64,000 nt of DNA from Candidatus Nanoarchaeia archaeon (GCA_028713895.1 JAQTNH010000001.1:886610-950609), one strand, 5' to 3'. Positions 38,276 through 46,588 are shown, numbered from the stretch's first letter. The notes: generated by a model not told the origin, from the sequence alone. A program made the numbers and translations.

Positions 38276-39052
38276 TCAATCAAAATCCAGGTTTATGTTT
38301 TTGCCACCCGTCCAGCTAATATTTTTAAAAACGTGATCTATAAAATCGAGCGTGTTTTTATATTTCAAATATTCATTTTTTCCGATAGGGTGTTTGGAAA
38401 ATGTATCTAATATTTGTCGTTTATAATGATTGATATTGTCTTCTGATATGATTATGTCTGTGTTAATAAAGGATATTTGTGGCCAATTCCAAACATACCC
38501 TTTCATTTCATTGTTGTTTTTTAAAGGGATGTTGTATTCTATGACGCAATGTCGTAAGAAATTGTCTTTTAAAAGTAATTCTTTTTTTATGGCATATGAA
38601 GTTTTTGGAGTAAAATGAATACCTATCCATTCTGCAGATTCATACCATTCACCTGCATCATTGATTGCAGGCCCGATTATTCTTGTATTATCTGTATAAT
38701 ATGTTCCGACACTGATTGCGCCTCTAAAAAATCTTGAAGATGAGAATGTTATAGCATAAAACGTCTGAATTCTCAGTAACAATACAAGCAATGCTCCGAT
38801 GGAATTTGATGAGGTAGCCTCAATAATATATGTATCCGAAAATTGGTGTATCTGAATACTAAATTCTTTCTCAAATAGTCTGGAATCTTCGACTCCTTTC
38901 TCAATCGATTTTCGCAGGTGATCTTCAAATAACCTCATATCTTCCATAAATTTTTCTGGATTTTCTCTCTCCATAATACGTTTTGTTCCCAACATATCTA
39001 TTAATAGGATTACTCCATCTTTTTTTTTCGTTTCTGTATTTTCTGGAGGCAT
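38276..39052 (-). CDS. class-III-cyclase/mCpol-like palm-domain protein
   Basis: ILLIDMLGTK (first metal Asp), QFSDTYIIEA (second Asp), FRGAISVGTYY, IIGPAINDAGEW, in the order expected for a nucleotidyl-cyclase palm; C-terminal 130 aa unknown. Confidence 0.45.
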   Translation of the reverse strand: MPPENTETKKKDGVILLIDMLGTKRIMERENPEKFMEDMRLFEDHLRKSIEKGVEDSRLFEKEFSIQIHQFSDTYIIEATSSNSIGALLVLLLRIQTFYAITFSSSRFFRGAISVGTYYTDNTRIIGPAINDAGEWYESAEWIGIHFTPKTSYAIKKELLLKDNFLRHCVIEYNIPLKNNNEMKGYVWNWPQISFINTDIIISEDNINHYKRQILDTFSKHPIGKNEYLKYKNTLDFIDHVFKNISWTGGKNINLDFD

Positions 39053-39095
39053 AGTTGATAATATTGGTATATGTATATAATTATTTGTTATATGT

Positions 39096-39125
39096 TCGAT
39101 TTATCTTCCATATTGAAGAAAAATC
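39096..39125 (-). promoter_or_regulatory. island motif copy 2
   Basis: TCGATTTATCTTCCATATTGAAGAAAAATC; 43 nt upstream of the start at 39052. Confidence 0.6.
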
Positions 39126-39170
39126 AACCATAAAGAAACATACCCCATAGTAAACGGATTTACTTCAAGA

Positions 39171-39422
39171 TTAGAATCTCAGTTTCTTCTGAAAGTTTTT
39201 ATGTAGAAATCTTAGCAGCTCCAGACATTCAGCGTTCATCCTATAGTAAAGCCTGTATTTCCCAACGTATCCTTCCCAAATACCAGGTGCATACCTGAAA
39301 GGATGGCCAAGTGGCCTACCGTGTTCTGCAATGCTTTGGACTTTCTTTTTTAATTGAATCATGATATCTTTGCTTAATGATGATAAATCTTCCATATATT
39401 CAGGAGTCGTGTTTACTATCAT
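39171..39422 (-). CDS. RelE/ParE-family toxin
   Basis: 83 aa; ..GKYRLYYRMN.. core; ATGA overlap with the upstream antitoxin. Confidence 0.65.
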   Translation of the reverse strand: MIVNTTPEYMEDLSSLSKDIMIQLKKKVQSIAEHGRPLGHPFRYAPGIWEGYVGKYRLYYRMNAECLELLRFLHKNFQKKLRF

Positions 39423-39703
39423 TGTTTTGATATCTCCTTGTCCATGTGTTCCATATATTTTTCATATGTGAAAGTTCTTCCTTTTCCGCATTCAAGGGAA
39501 TGAATTGCCTTTTGAATCTCCTTTACAAGCATGATTTCTTCTTCACTCATACTGGTGTCCACTTTCTTGACTATCATCATGTCATTAACTTTCATTACAT
39601 TCAGGATGTTACCCTTCTTATAATTTAAATTAACACGCAATAGTTTTGGAACTACAAATTCACCTTTAGTTCCGAGTTTAACATAATCTTGCATTCCGTC
39701 CAT
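39419..39703 (-). CDS. AbrB/SpoVT-type antitoxin
   Basis: VKLGTKGEFVVPKLLRVNLNYKKGNILNV. Confidence 0.65.
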   Translation of the reverse strand: MDGMQDYVKLGTKGEFVVPKLLRVNLNYKKGNILNVMKVNDMMIVKKVDTSMSEEEIMLVKEIQKAIHSLECGKGRTFTYEKYMEHMDKEISKQ

Positions 39704-39756
39704 TTTTATCCTCCTTTTATTAGGAAGAATTAGAATTGCTGGATTTATATGTGTTT

Positions 39757-39781
39757 CGGAATATTCGAATTTCGAAAATTC
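39757..39781. promoter_or_regulatory. overlapping palindromes (GAATATTC, TTCGAA x2) upstream of the TA operon
   Basis: CGGAATATTCGAATTTCGAAAATTC read directly, 54-78 nt upstream of the antitoxin start. Confidence 0.3.
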
Positions 39782-39829
39782 ATTGTTTTAAAACATATAA
39801 TGACAATATAATATTCATCTTTTTTAGCA

Positions 39830-40273
39830 TTATGTATCAATAATGGCCCTTATTCTATTTCTCAATATTGCAGGTCTATCTGTATGCAGTAGTATTATAA
39901 GGCTCCCATTATGAATTTGTAATTCTCTGTTTGAAATATTAAATCTACTTTCAAATTCGTGTATTCTTGAAAATAATGCATTTCTCTGAAATCTTGAACT
40001 ACGTAGATTTACCATCAACCTCAATATAGAATGACGTCTAATAGCTGGAACCGATTGTTGAATTGCCTCAATTATCTGTAATACATTATCTGTGAGGTGG
40101 TTTCTATTTAATAGATTGTCTATATCCTCTCCTAACCGTTCAGGAATTTGAGTGTTGATTACTATACGTAACAGATCTGCTTGACTATCAATGTTAAAGT
40201 TATTTATTAGATATGCCTGAAAAAGTAATCTACGTATTAATTCTCTGTCGCCATCGGGTATATCAACAAACAT
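39830..40273 (-). CDS. hypothetical helical protein
   Basis: 147-aa ORF. Confidence 0.5.
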   Translation of the reverse strand: MFVDIPDGDRELIRRLLFQAYLINNFNIDSQADLLRIVINTQIPERLGEDIDNLLNRNHLTDNVLQIIEAIQQSVPAIRRHSILRLMVNLRSSRFQRNALFSRIHEFESRFNISNRELQIHNGSLIILLHTDRPAILRNRIRAIIDT

Positions 40274-40293
40274 AGATTTACTTCCTTTTGTGT

Positions 40294-40746
40294 TTATTTA
40301 AAGTTATATTTTTTCTTTATGATAGTGGTTATTGGGGTAAGTAATAATCGAGTTGCTTTTCTAAAAAAATTATTTTCAGAAATAATATTTGCTATACTGG
40401 GGCTAATTCTATAGTATATCTTAATAAATTCTAGTCCTAAGAAATGGGATTTTAATACATCATCTCTCCATAGCCGTAAAATATTGATTTCTTTAGTAAA
40501 CGGGGTACCGTACGCAGCAGTTGCAATAAAACAGCCTTCATTTTGTCTGTTTTGAGGACGACTTGTGGAGGGATGATATGAATAGGGAGTTCTACAATAT
40601 GGACAGGCTAGTAATGCCCCACGATAACATCTTGGGCATACTTGATTAAATTGGTAAAGGGGGCCCTTGCAATATGGACATATCGCCTGTTCTGAGGTAT
40701 TGCCACACGCATTGCATCTATACATATTATCACCGTACCTATACAT
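40294..40746 (-). CDS. double zinc-ribbon protein with CFI-box (CFIATAAYG) domain
   Basis: CNACG..CPYC..CPRC..CPYC then GCFIATAAYGTPFTKEINILRLWRD...YYRISP. Confidence 0.55.
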   Translation of the reverse strand: MYRYGDNMYRCNACGNTSEQAICPYCKGPLYQFNQVCPRCYRGALLACPYCRTPYSYHPSTSRPQNRQNEGCFIATAAYGTPFTKEINILRLWRDDVLKSHFLGLEFIKIYYRISPSIANIISENNFFRKATRLLLTPITTIIKKKYNFK

Positions 40747-41305
40747 TTTCTATTAGATTAATTGATGCTTTTGCCATTTGACGAAGACTTATCAAAATCA
40801 AACATACTTCACTTGCAATTACAAAGAATCCAACATAGTAATATTCATCTAAAAGGTTACTAAAAGGCAGTGCTATTAATGATATTAAAAAGATTAAAAC
40901 AATAAAAATTAAGGGCTTTTTAATTGTTTCCTGTATTTTTTTCATTTGTAAATCGAATTGACTAAAATAATATGGTGCGGGATGAGTTGTTATCATTTTG
41001 CTTTGGTATGGTTGAACTTTGAAAGTAATTAACATTATTATTATAGCAAGGATTGTTCCATATGTTTCAACTATTGTACTATGAAACCAAAAAGAGATAT
41101 CATTAAAACTTTCGTTAGGTAAAAAAAATGAAAGTATTGCAAACCCTATTGAGAAAATTAAGGATACCCCGGTAATTAGAACCAATTGCCAACTCTTAAA
41201 ATCATATGTTAAAATCGACGCCAACATCGTTTTATTAACTTTTTTTATTTTCTCCCCCTGTGTCTTTTTTAAAGACGTGTTATATAAATGGGTTCGTTGT
41301 GTCAT
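40739..41305 (-). CDS. 4-TM membrane protein
   Basis: Four hydrophobic helices; 8-nt overlap with the downstream gene. Confidence 0.6.
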   Translation of the reverse strand: MTQRTHLYNTSLKKTQGEKIKKVNKTMLASILTYDFKSWQLVLITGVSLIFSIGFAILSFFLPNESFNDISFWFHSTIVETYGTILAIIIMLITFKVQPYQSKMITTHPAPYYFSQFDLQMKKIQETIKKPLIFIVLIFLISLIALPFSNLLDEYYYVGFFVIASEVCLILISLRQMAKASINLIENV

Positions 41306-41397
41306 TTATACGTAATATTATTGAGAGGTAGATATATTTTTGGATATGTACGGATTCTTTGTTTTACTACCTCATTGTGTTTTACATCACTTTTTAA

Positions 41398-41422
41398 TTA
41401 TCTTCCATATTGAAGAAAAATC
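41398..41422 (-). promoter_or_regulatory. island motif copy 3
   Basis: TTATCTTCCATATTGAAGAAAAATC, 25/25 identical to copy 2; 92 nt upstream of the start at 41305. Confidence 0.6.
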
Positions 41423-41609
41423 AGGTAGGCACCCCCATCCCTGCCATCGCCTCCAGCTCCTGAAGTTCCTTTTCATATGCCCCCTGGTCCAGTTTAACGT
41501 CCTCAACAGCGCTATAATAGCCTTCAATGGTTTCCTCGCAGTTCTGAATCCGTTCATGGAGCTCCTTAATCCTTTTCTCAATAAACTCCTTTGCAGCCAT
41601 CCTAATCAC
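41421..41609 (-). CDS. small coiled-coil protein
   Basis: 62-aa ORF, E/K-rich. Confidence 0.4.
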   Translation of the reverse strand: MIRMAAKEFIEKRIKELHERIQNCEETIEGYYSAVEDVKLDQGAYEKELQELEAMAGMGVPT

Positions 41610-41805
41610 CCCCTATTTTCCCGTATGTTCTGCCCCGTTCCTTCAAAAGCACGAGCTTTTTTCCAATGATTTCCCTATCAAGCACCCTTTCAAAGAGCTC
41701 GCGGGTTCGCTTTGCACCCAATGAGATATACCGCTTTTTTGTGTGCAGGCAGATTATCGGAGTGCCCCAGCAAGTGTGGATGTGGTAATTTACTATCTTT
41801 GCCAT
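41602..41805 (-). CDS. hypothetical small protein
   Basis: 67-aa ORF overlapping its neighbours by a few nt. Confidence 0.4.
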   Translation of the reverse strand: MAKIVNYHIHTCWGTPIICLHTKKRYISLGAKRTRELFERVLDREIIGKKLVLLKERGRTYGKIGGD

Positions 41806-41809
41806 GCTT

Positions 41810-42076
41810 TCACCCCCTCCTTCCTGATATCGGAAGGTTTCTCTGGGGTATCTCCCAAATCTGCCCTTTCTTGATCAAAGCGTCAAGCTCTGCCTCTGCG
41901 AATTCGCCCCATTCATTCTCCAAACCCTGCACAAATCCGAACCAGACAGGCTTTCCTTCGAGTTCTCCTACCTCTTCAACAGCGAACCAATACCAGCCTG
42001 TGAAGCTTTCCCAGGCTTTCAACACCTTTTTGCTGTCTATGTAGAGCTCCCTGTCCCTTGATTCAAAGGTTGCCAT
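41810..42076 (-). CDS. DUF2958-like protein
   Basis: FTGWYWFAVEE...KPVWFGFVQGLENEWGEFAEAELDAL resembles the DUF2958 pattern; start reset to the ATG at 42076. Confidence 0.4.
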   Translation of the reverse strand: MATFESRDRELYIDSKKVLKAWESFTGWYWFAVEEVGELEGKPVWFGFVQGLENEWGEFAEAELDALIKKGQIWEIPQRNLPISGRRG

Positions 42077-42413
42077 TTGAACCGCCCCGGATGTATTTCT
42101 CAAACACCTGCGCCCTGGTGATGAACCCCTCTGCTGAAATGGTTTGGTTTGATGTGCTTGCAACTGCTGATTTCAATGCAGACATCCTTATTGAGACGTC
42201 CTCGCTTAAAGCGTTGTTTTGCTTTTTACTCTGATTTGGCTTTATGAGGCTTATTTTAATAAGCTCCTTTGCCTGGTGCTCGAACTCAATTTCTGCGGCT
42301 TTTCCATAAGTTTTTACTGATTCTATTATGTCTTCATTGGCATTATACCAGGTTTCACCTATCTTTACCCCATTGTTTGCCTCGCTCCAGGCTTCTAATT
42401 TTCCTTTTTCCAT
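42063..42413 (-). CDS. hypothetical protein
   Basis: 116-aa ORF. Confidence 0.45.
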   Translation of the reverse strand: MEKGKLEAWSEANNGVKIGETWYNANEDIIESVKTYGKAAEIEFEHQAKELIKISLIKPNQSKKQNNALSEDVSIRMSALKSAVASTSNQTISAEGFITRAQVFEKYIRGGSNGNL

Positions 42414-42602
42414 CTTAAAACACCTCTCTTTTTGAACTGGACTTTGATGCTTTGCCAGCCCCCTGAAGATTTTTTGGTTCTTCCCTTTAGGGGAGTTAGA
42501 GGGGCTTTTTGATAGAAGACAGACTTGATGTCTGGCTTAGTGCAGGCCTCGCAGACAATACGCTTTTCTGCTGGAAAAAGGTAGAATTAACGATAATATC
42601 AG

Positions 42603-42633
42603 CGAAAAGCCTATGTCAAGAGGGGGGCCTAAA
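42603..42633 (+). repeat. right copy of the ~30-nt direct repeat
   Basis: CGAAAAGCCTATGTCAAGAGGGGGGCCTAAA. Confidence 0.7.
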
Positions 42634-42764
42634 ATAATATAAAGTAAATAAATAATCTTTAAGCCTTACGAACCATTATCTCCTTATAATTAGAATTTCT
42701 TATAATTTTTAGATTTCTGTATATAAACGATAATTATAAAAAATGCCATATTGTCTAATCTAAA

Positions 42765-43748
42765 ATGAATCATGAAGGAATACTATTCAATAATAGAGAG
42801 ATTAATAGAGCAAGAAATTATTTATCAGACATTAAAAAAAGAATTGCATATAAACAATTAAAAAAAACTACTGATAAATTATTAAAATACGAATTTAAAA
42901 AAATTAAAAATCCGCTCTCAATTCCAAAATTTTATCGTGATAAAATCAAATGGGAAAATGCAATATATCCTCTAGAAATGCTTTCAAGAACAATGATATC
43001 ATGTGCAAACATGTATAGAATAAAAAAGGATAAAAAGTATCTGAATAAAATAATTAATCTAATAAAGAAATGGGGAGATGGGATTTCGGGTTATAAAACG
43101 GAACAAGCAAGATTTGAATCTGTCTGGAATTTCCAAATAATGACATTAGCCTGTGAGTTAGTCTGTAATAATATTCCAAAGGACGTTTTAGCTCCGTTCT
43201 TCGAATGGAATTACAGGGAATGTATAAAATTATTGAAATCAAACAATAGAAAAAACAATTTATTATATTGGTTGGGAGCATATTTAATAACTACCGCGAT
43301 TACTAAAGAAGATAAAAAATTATTAAAAAAAGCTTGTCAAATCTATAAAGATGCAATAAAAAATGATATCACCTACCAAGGAGATATGCCTAAAGAAACA
43401 ATACGTAAATCAAGAGGAATTCATTATACTTTTTTTGCAATTGATGCACTAGTTTATATTGCCGAAGCTGCAAAACATCAAGGTATTGATTTATTTTCTT
43501 ATAAATTTAAAGGAAAATCACTTTTTACAGCAATCGACTATATTCTTCCTTTTGTAAAATATCCAGAAACATGGATTTGGAGCAAGAAAACACAAGATTT
43601 TTCAGTTTTTCCATACATCCATTCTGGCTGGTGTGAAATAGTACATCGCTATAAAAAAACAATTGCTCTTCAAGAATTCTTAAAAAAATATAGACCGGTA
43701 TTTGATTCTAGAATTGGAGGTGCTCAAACCTTATTTCATTTTTATTAA
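42765..43748 (+). CDS. alginate-lyase-like (alpha/alpha toroid) protein
   Basis: NNRKNNLLYWLGAY and RKSRGIHYTFFAIDALVYIAEAAKHQGIDLF resemble the NNHSYW / R..s..Y..f.L..iAe...G.dly motifs. Confidence 0.45.
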   Translation: MNHEGILFNNREINRARNYLSDIKKRIAYKQLKKTTDKLLKYEFKKIKNPLSIPKFYRDKIKWENAIYPLEMLSRTMISCANMYRIKKDKKYLNKIINLIKKWGDGISGYKTEQARFESVWNFQIMTLACELVCNNIPKDVLAPFFEWNYRECIKLLKSNNRKNNLLYWLGAYLITTAITKEDKKLLKKACQIYKDAIKNDITYQGDMPKETIRKSRGIHYTFFAIDALVYIAEAAKHQGIDLFSYKFKGKSLFTAIDYILPFVKYPETWIWSKKTQDFSVFPYIHSGWCEIVHRYKKTIALQEFLKKYRPVFDSRIGGAQTLFHFY

Positions 43749-43787
43749 TTATTAGTTCTATGTCAACGAAAAATCGAACCTATAGTA

Positions 43788-45116
43788 TTGACGGAATTAA
43801 AATATTTAAATAGTAGTTATTGTATTCTTCCCCTAATGATACATTCAAATAACTTAAAATTATTTAAAGGTGTAAATAAAATCAAGATAGATAATTATCT
43901 TAAAATAATCTATCAACAAATCAACAGATATTCAAATGAGATACATGGACGAAAAAAAATCGCTATTTTTTCACCTTCAAAATATGGTCTTGGACATTTT
44001 CATCAAAGTGATATATTAAATAGAAGAATAAATGAAAAGTTATCCAATTATTGTTTATCTTTACATCTTACAGATTTAACACCGTCTAAAAAAGTTCCTG
44101 AGAATACAATAAAAATACCCAATTATAGCGATATTCTTTGGTCGAATATTGTGAATCTTGAAGAAAAAAAAGTAAGGTTAAATAAGGAACAATTATCTTT
44201 TATTCGCAAAGATATTCTTAAAAAATTTATAGATTTATTTTCTCCAGATATTATACTCTTTGATTATTATCCATTCATTCACTCGAATGAAATTTTTTCA
44301 GAGTTTTATAAAACAATCGCATATTGGAAAAAAGAAAATTCTCATGGGAGATTAATCTGTCTTTATAGAGGAATTTTAGGGTATAATTCTGAACGGATGG
44401 AACCTGGTTATAGAGAACGAGTAATAAAAACAATGAAAAAACAAATTGATTTTGTTTTTATTTTAGCCGATCCTGATGAGCGATTCTTTATAAGAGAAGA
44501 ATTGTGGTTCCTGAATAAAGAATTTTATAAATTTAAATATTTAGGATATATAACAGATATTAAACAATGTGATCCTCCAAATAAAAAACAAATTATATGT
44601 CAAGTTGGGGGAGGAATAGATGGAGACAAATTAATTGAAATCTTTTGCAAATGCATGAAAATAATTGAACAAATTGATGATTCTGTGATAGGTATTGTTA
44701 TCCTTGGTCCAACCTTTCCTGAAAAAAGGAAAAAACAAATTCTTGAAGATTACAAAAATGTAAAAACGTTAATATTTAAACCTGGTGTCGATGAATTGTA
44801 TCCAGTATTAAAAAAATCAGATCTCATAATATCAATGGGTGGCTATAATAGTGTGGTTGAAGCTGCAAATCTTGAAATACCCTCGATTATCGTTCCAAGA
44901 GAAAAAGAAATCAAACATGAACAATATCTTAATGCAATGAGATTCTATCAATATGGGTTAATTGATGAAATCATTGAAATGGAGCGATTGGAAGTCAAGA
45001 ATCTATTACCTTCAATTTTTAGATATATCTATAAGAAAGAAGTAAAACCAATAAAAATGTGCGGTTTAGATAGTATTATTGATGAAATCTGTACTATTTG
45101 GAATATAGTATTGTGA
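43788..45116 (+). CDS. glycosyltransferase (GT28/MurG-like C-terminal domain)
   Basis: QVGGGIDGDKL ... ISMGGYNSVVEAANLEIPSIIVP; TTG start uncertain. Confidence 0.55.
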   Translation: MTELKYLNSSYCILPLMIHSNNLKLFKGVNKIKIDNYLKIIYQQINRYSNEIHGRKKIAIFSPSKYGLGHFHQSDILNRRINEKLSNYCLSLHLTDLTPSKKVPENTIKIPNYSDILWSNIVNLEEKKVRLNKEQLSFIRKDILKKFIDLFSPDIILFDYYPFIHSNEIFSEFYKTIAYWKKENSHGRLICLYRGILGYNSERMEPGYRERVIKTMKKQIDFVFILADPDERFFIREELWFLNKEFYKFKYLGYITDIKQCDPPNKKQIICQVGGGIDGDKLIEIFCKCMKIIEQIDDSVIGIVILGPTFPEKRKKQILEDYKNVKTLIFKPGVDELYPVLKKSDLIISMGGYNSVVEAANLEIPSIIVPREKEIKHEQYLNAMRFYQYGLIDEIIEMERLEVKNLLPSIFRYIYKKEVKPIKMCGLDSIIDEICTIWNIVL

Positions 45117-46521
45117 TGTTATTATTTTCATTTTTTGTCACTTTTATTATTTTATTTAAAACAATCATTCTATTATCATTTATTTGATTCATTTGTAATT
45201 TTTGATTGTTGTTTGTTATTATAAAAATATTCTTAATATTATTATTAACCGGAGTAACATTCTTTTTCTTTCGTTGATCTATTATTAATTTTATTATACA
45301 ACTAGTAAGTGTAATTAGGGCTGGCAATATTGGAAGAACAATATCTTTAAAAATTAGTTCTATAGAACCAGTGTTTAAAATTATTTCAAACATTGTCTCA
45401 TCGTCCATTTTTTCTTCAAATTTATAATTAAAAAATGGAGTTATTAAATAAAAAATTTCAGAAAAAGTTGGTTTTTCATCCAAAGTAAATGAAATAGTTG
45501 GTTTATTATTTGGGATATAATTCGTTAAAGCACATTTTTTAAGATCAATAGATATATTGAATAATTGAAAATATTCAAGGACTTCAAGAAATTGCTTTTC
45601 ATTGGATAGTAAATAATTAACATCGGAGAATTCTTTTTTTATTTGTACTAATTGATATATAGTCTCTATAGAAAACTCAGGAAAATATTTATTAAATGAT
45701 ATAGAATATATTTTTATACCATTATAGAAATCATTAATTAAATCATTATCAAGGTAATAATCAAAACCTCGAAAAAGAATTTTAAAAGCGGATTGTATTT
45801 CACCAAGAATAAGTACAATGTTTGCTGCAATATTATAATCATTTATTCTTAATGAGTCTTGCAAAAAAATATATAAAAAATCGAATAAAATTGATGTTGG
45901 AATAATATTTTTTTCGTAGATAAATGAATTTTTTTTCAACACCTCAATAGTTGGAGTAATTAAATAAGGAATGTCTGTGACATTAAAAATACAACCTTTT
46001 ATGTGAGTTTCTACGACTAATGAATATTTCATTGTTAAATTCGAGAAATCATCATCTTCTAAAGAACTTCTTGAAAAATTTGACCACCCAGAATTTCCTG
46101 CAAGTATACAATTCTTAATCATTGTGTCAGTAAAATTTGTTTTTCTTAGATTAACCATTCGAATTTCTGTATTAATAATAATAGACCCTTGAAAATTCGC
46201 TTTATGATAATTTCCCCGCAATATTGAACAATTTTTCAATGTACAATCAATGAATCTTGATTCAATATAATCCCCACCTTCGAACGTACAATTGTTGAAA
46301 GTACACTTCTTGAATTCTAATCGCTCACAATCGCCCCCTAAGAAAGATGATCCATTGAATTTACAATTCTTAAAATTCGGATTAGAAAAAAAAGAACCTC
46401 TGAATTTAAATTTCTCATCAAATGATTTGTTTAATATATCCTTATTTTGATACTTTTCTCGTCTTTTCTCAATAGCACTCAGAAATTTTTTATTAGATAT
46501 CTTTTTCTTATTTTTCACCAT
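45094..46521 (-). CDS. pentapeptide-repeat protein with C-terminal TM helix
   Basis: About 130 aa of A(D/N)LxX-type repeats (FKNCKFNGSSFLGGDCERLEFKKCTFNNCTFEGGD...). Confidence 0.7.
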   Translation of the reverse strand: MVKNKKKISNKKFLSAIEKRREKYQNKDILNKSFDEKFKFRGSFFSNPNFKNCKFNGSSFLGGDCERLEFKKCTFNNCTFEGGDYIESRFIDCTLKNCSILRGNYHKANFQGSIIINTEIRMVNLRKTNFTDTMIKNCILAGNSGWSNFSRSSLEDDDFSNLTMKYSLVVETHIKGCIFNVTDIPYLITPTIEVLKKNSFIYEKNIIPTSILFDFLYIFLQDSLRINDYNIAANIVLILGEIQSAFKILFRGFDYYLDNDLINDFYNGIKIYSISFNKYFPEFSIETIYQLVQIKKEFSDVNYLLSNEKQFLEVLEYFQLFNISIDLKKCALTNYIPNNKPTISFTLDEKPTFSEIFYLITPFFNYKFEEKMDDETMFEIILNTGSIELIFKDIVLPILPALITLTSCIIKLIIDQRKKKNVTPVNNNIKNIFIITNNNQKLQMNQINDNRMIVLNKIIKVTKNENNNITILYSK

Positions 46522-46588
46522 ATTATCAGAACCCTAAATAATTTTAAGTTATTTTGAGGTATTCCCCTCTGTTCGATTTTTTTTAAAA

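Noticed and set aside
36853-39052. Calling the cyclase-like plus NDT/TIR-like genes a Pycsar, CBASS or Thoeris system
   Set aside because: I could not recognise a cNMP-binding, SAVED, CARF or SIR2/ThsA-type partner. The two genes are in different transcription units, and the cyclase assignment itself is only motif-level.
34890-41422. Possibility that the repeated 25-30-nt motif is a CRISPR array
   Set aside because: The copies are 1.4-2.8 kb apart with complete protein-coding genes between them. There are only 3-4 copies and no cas genes. The spacing and content are incompatible with repeat-spacer structure.
42603-42633. Reading the repeat (minus strand TTGACA-15 nt-TATTAT) as a bacterial sigma-70 promoter
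   Set aside because: The host genes are archaeal, the spacer is short, and the other repeat copy lacks the -10-like element. I kept it only as a direct repeat.
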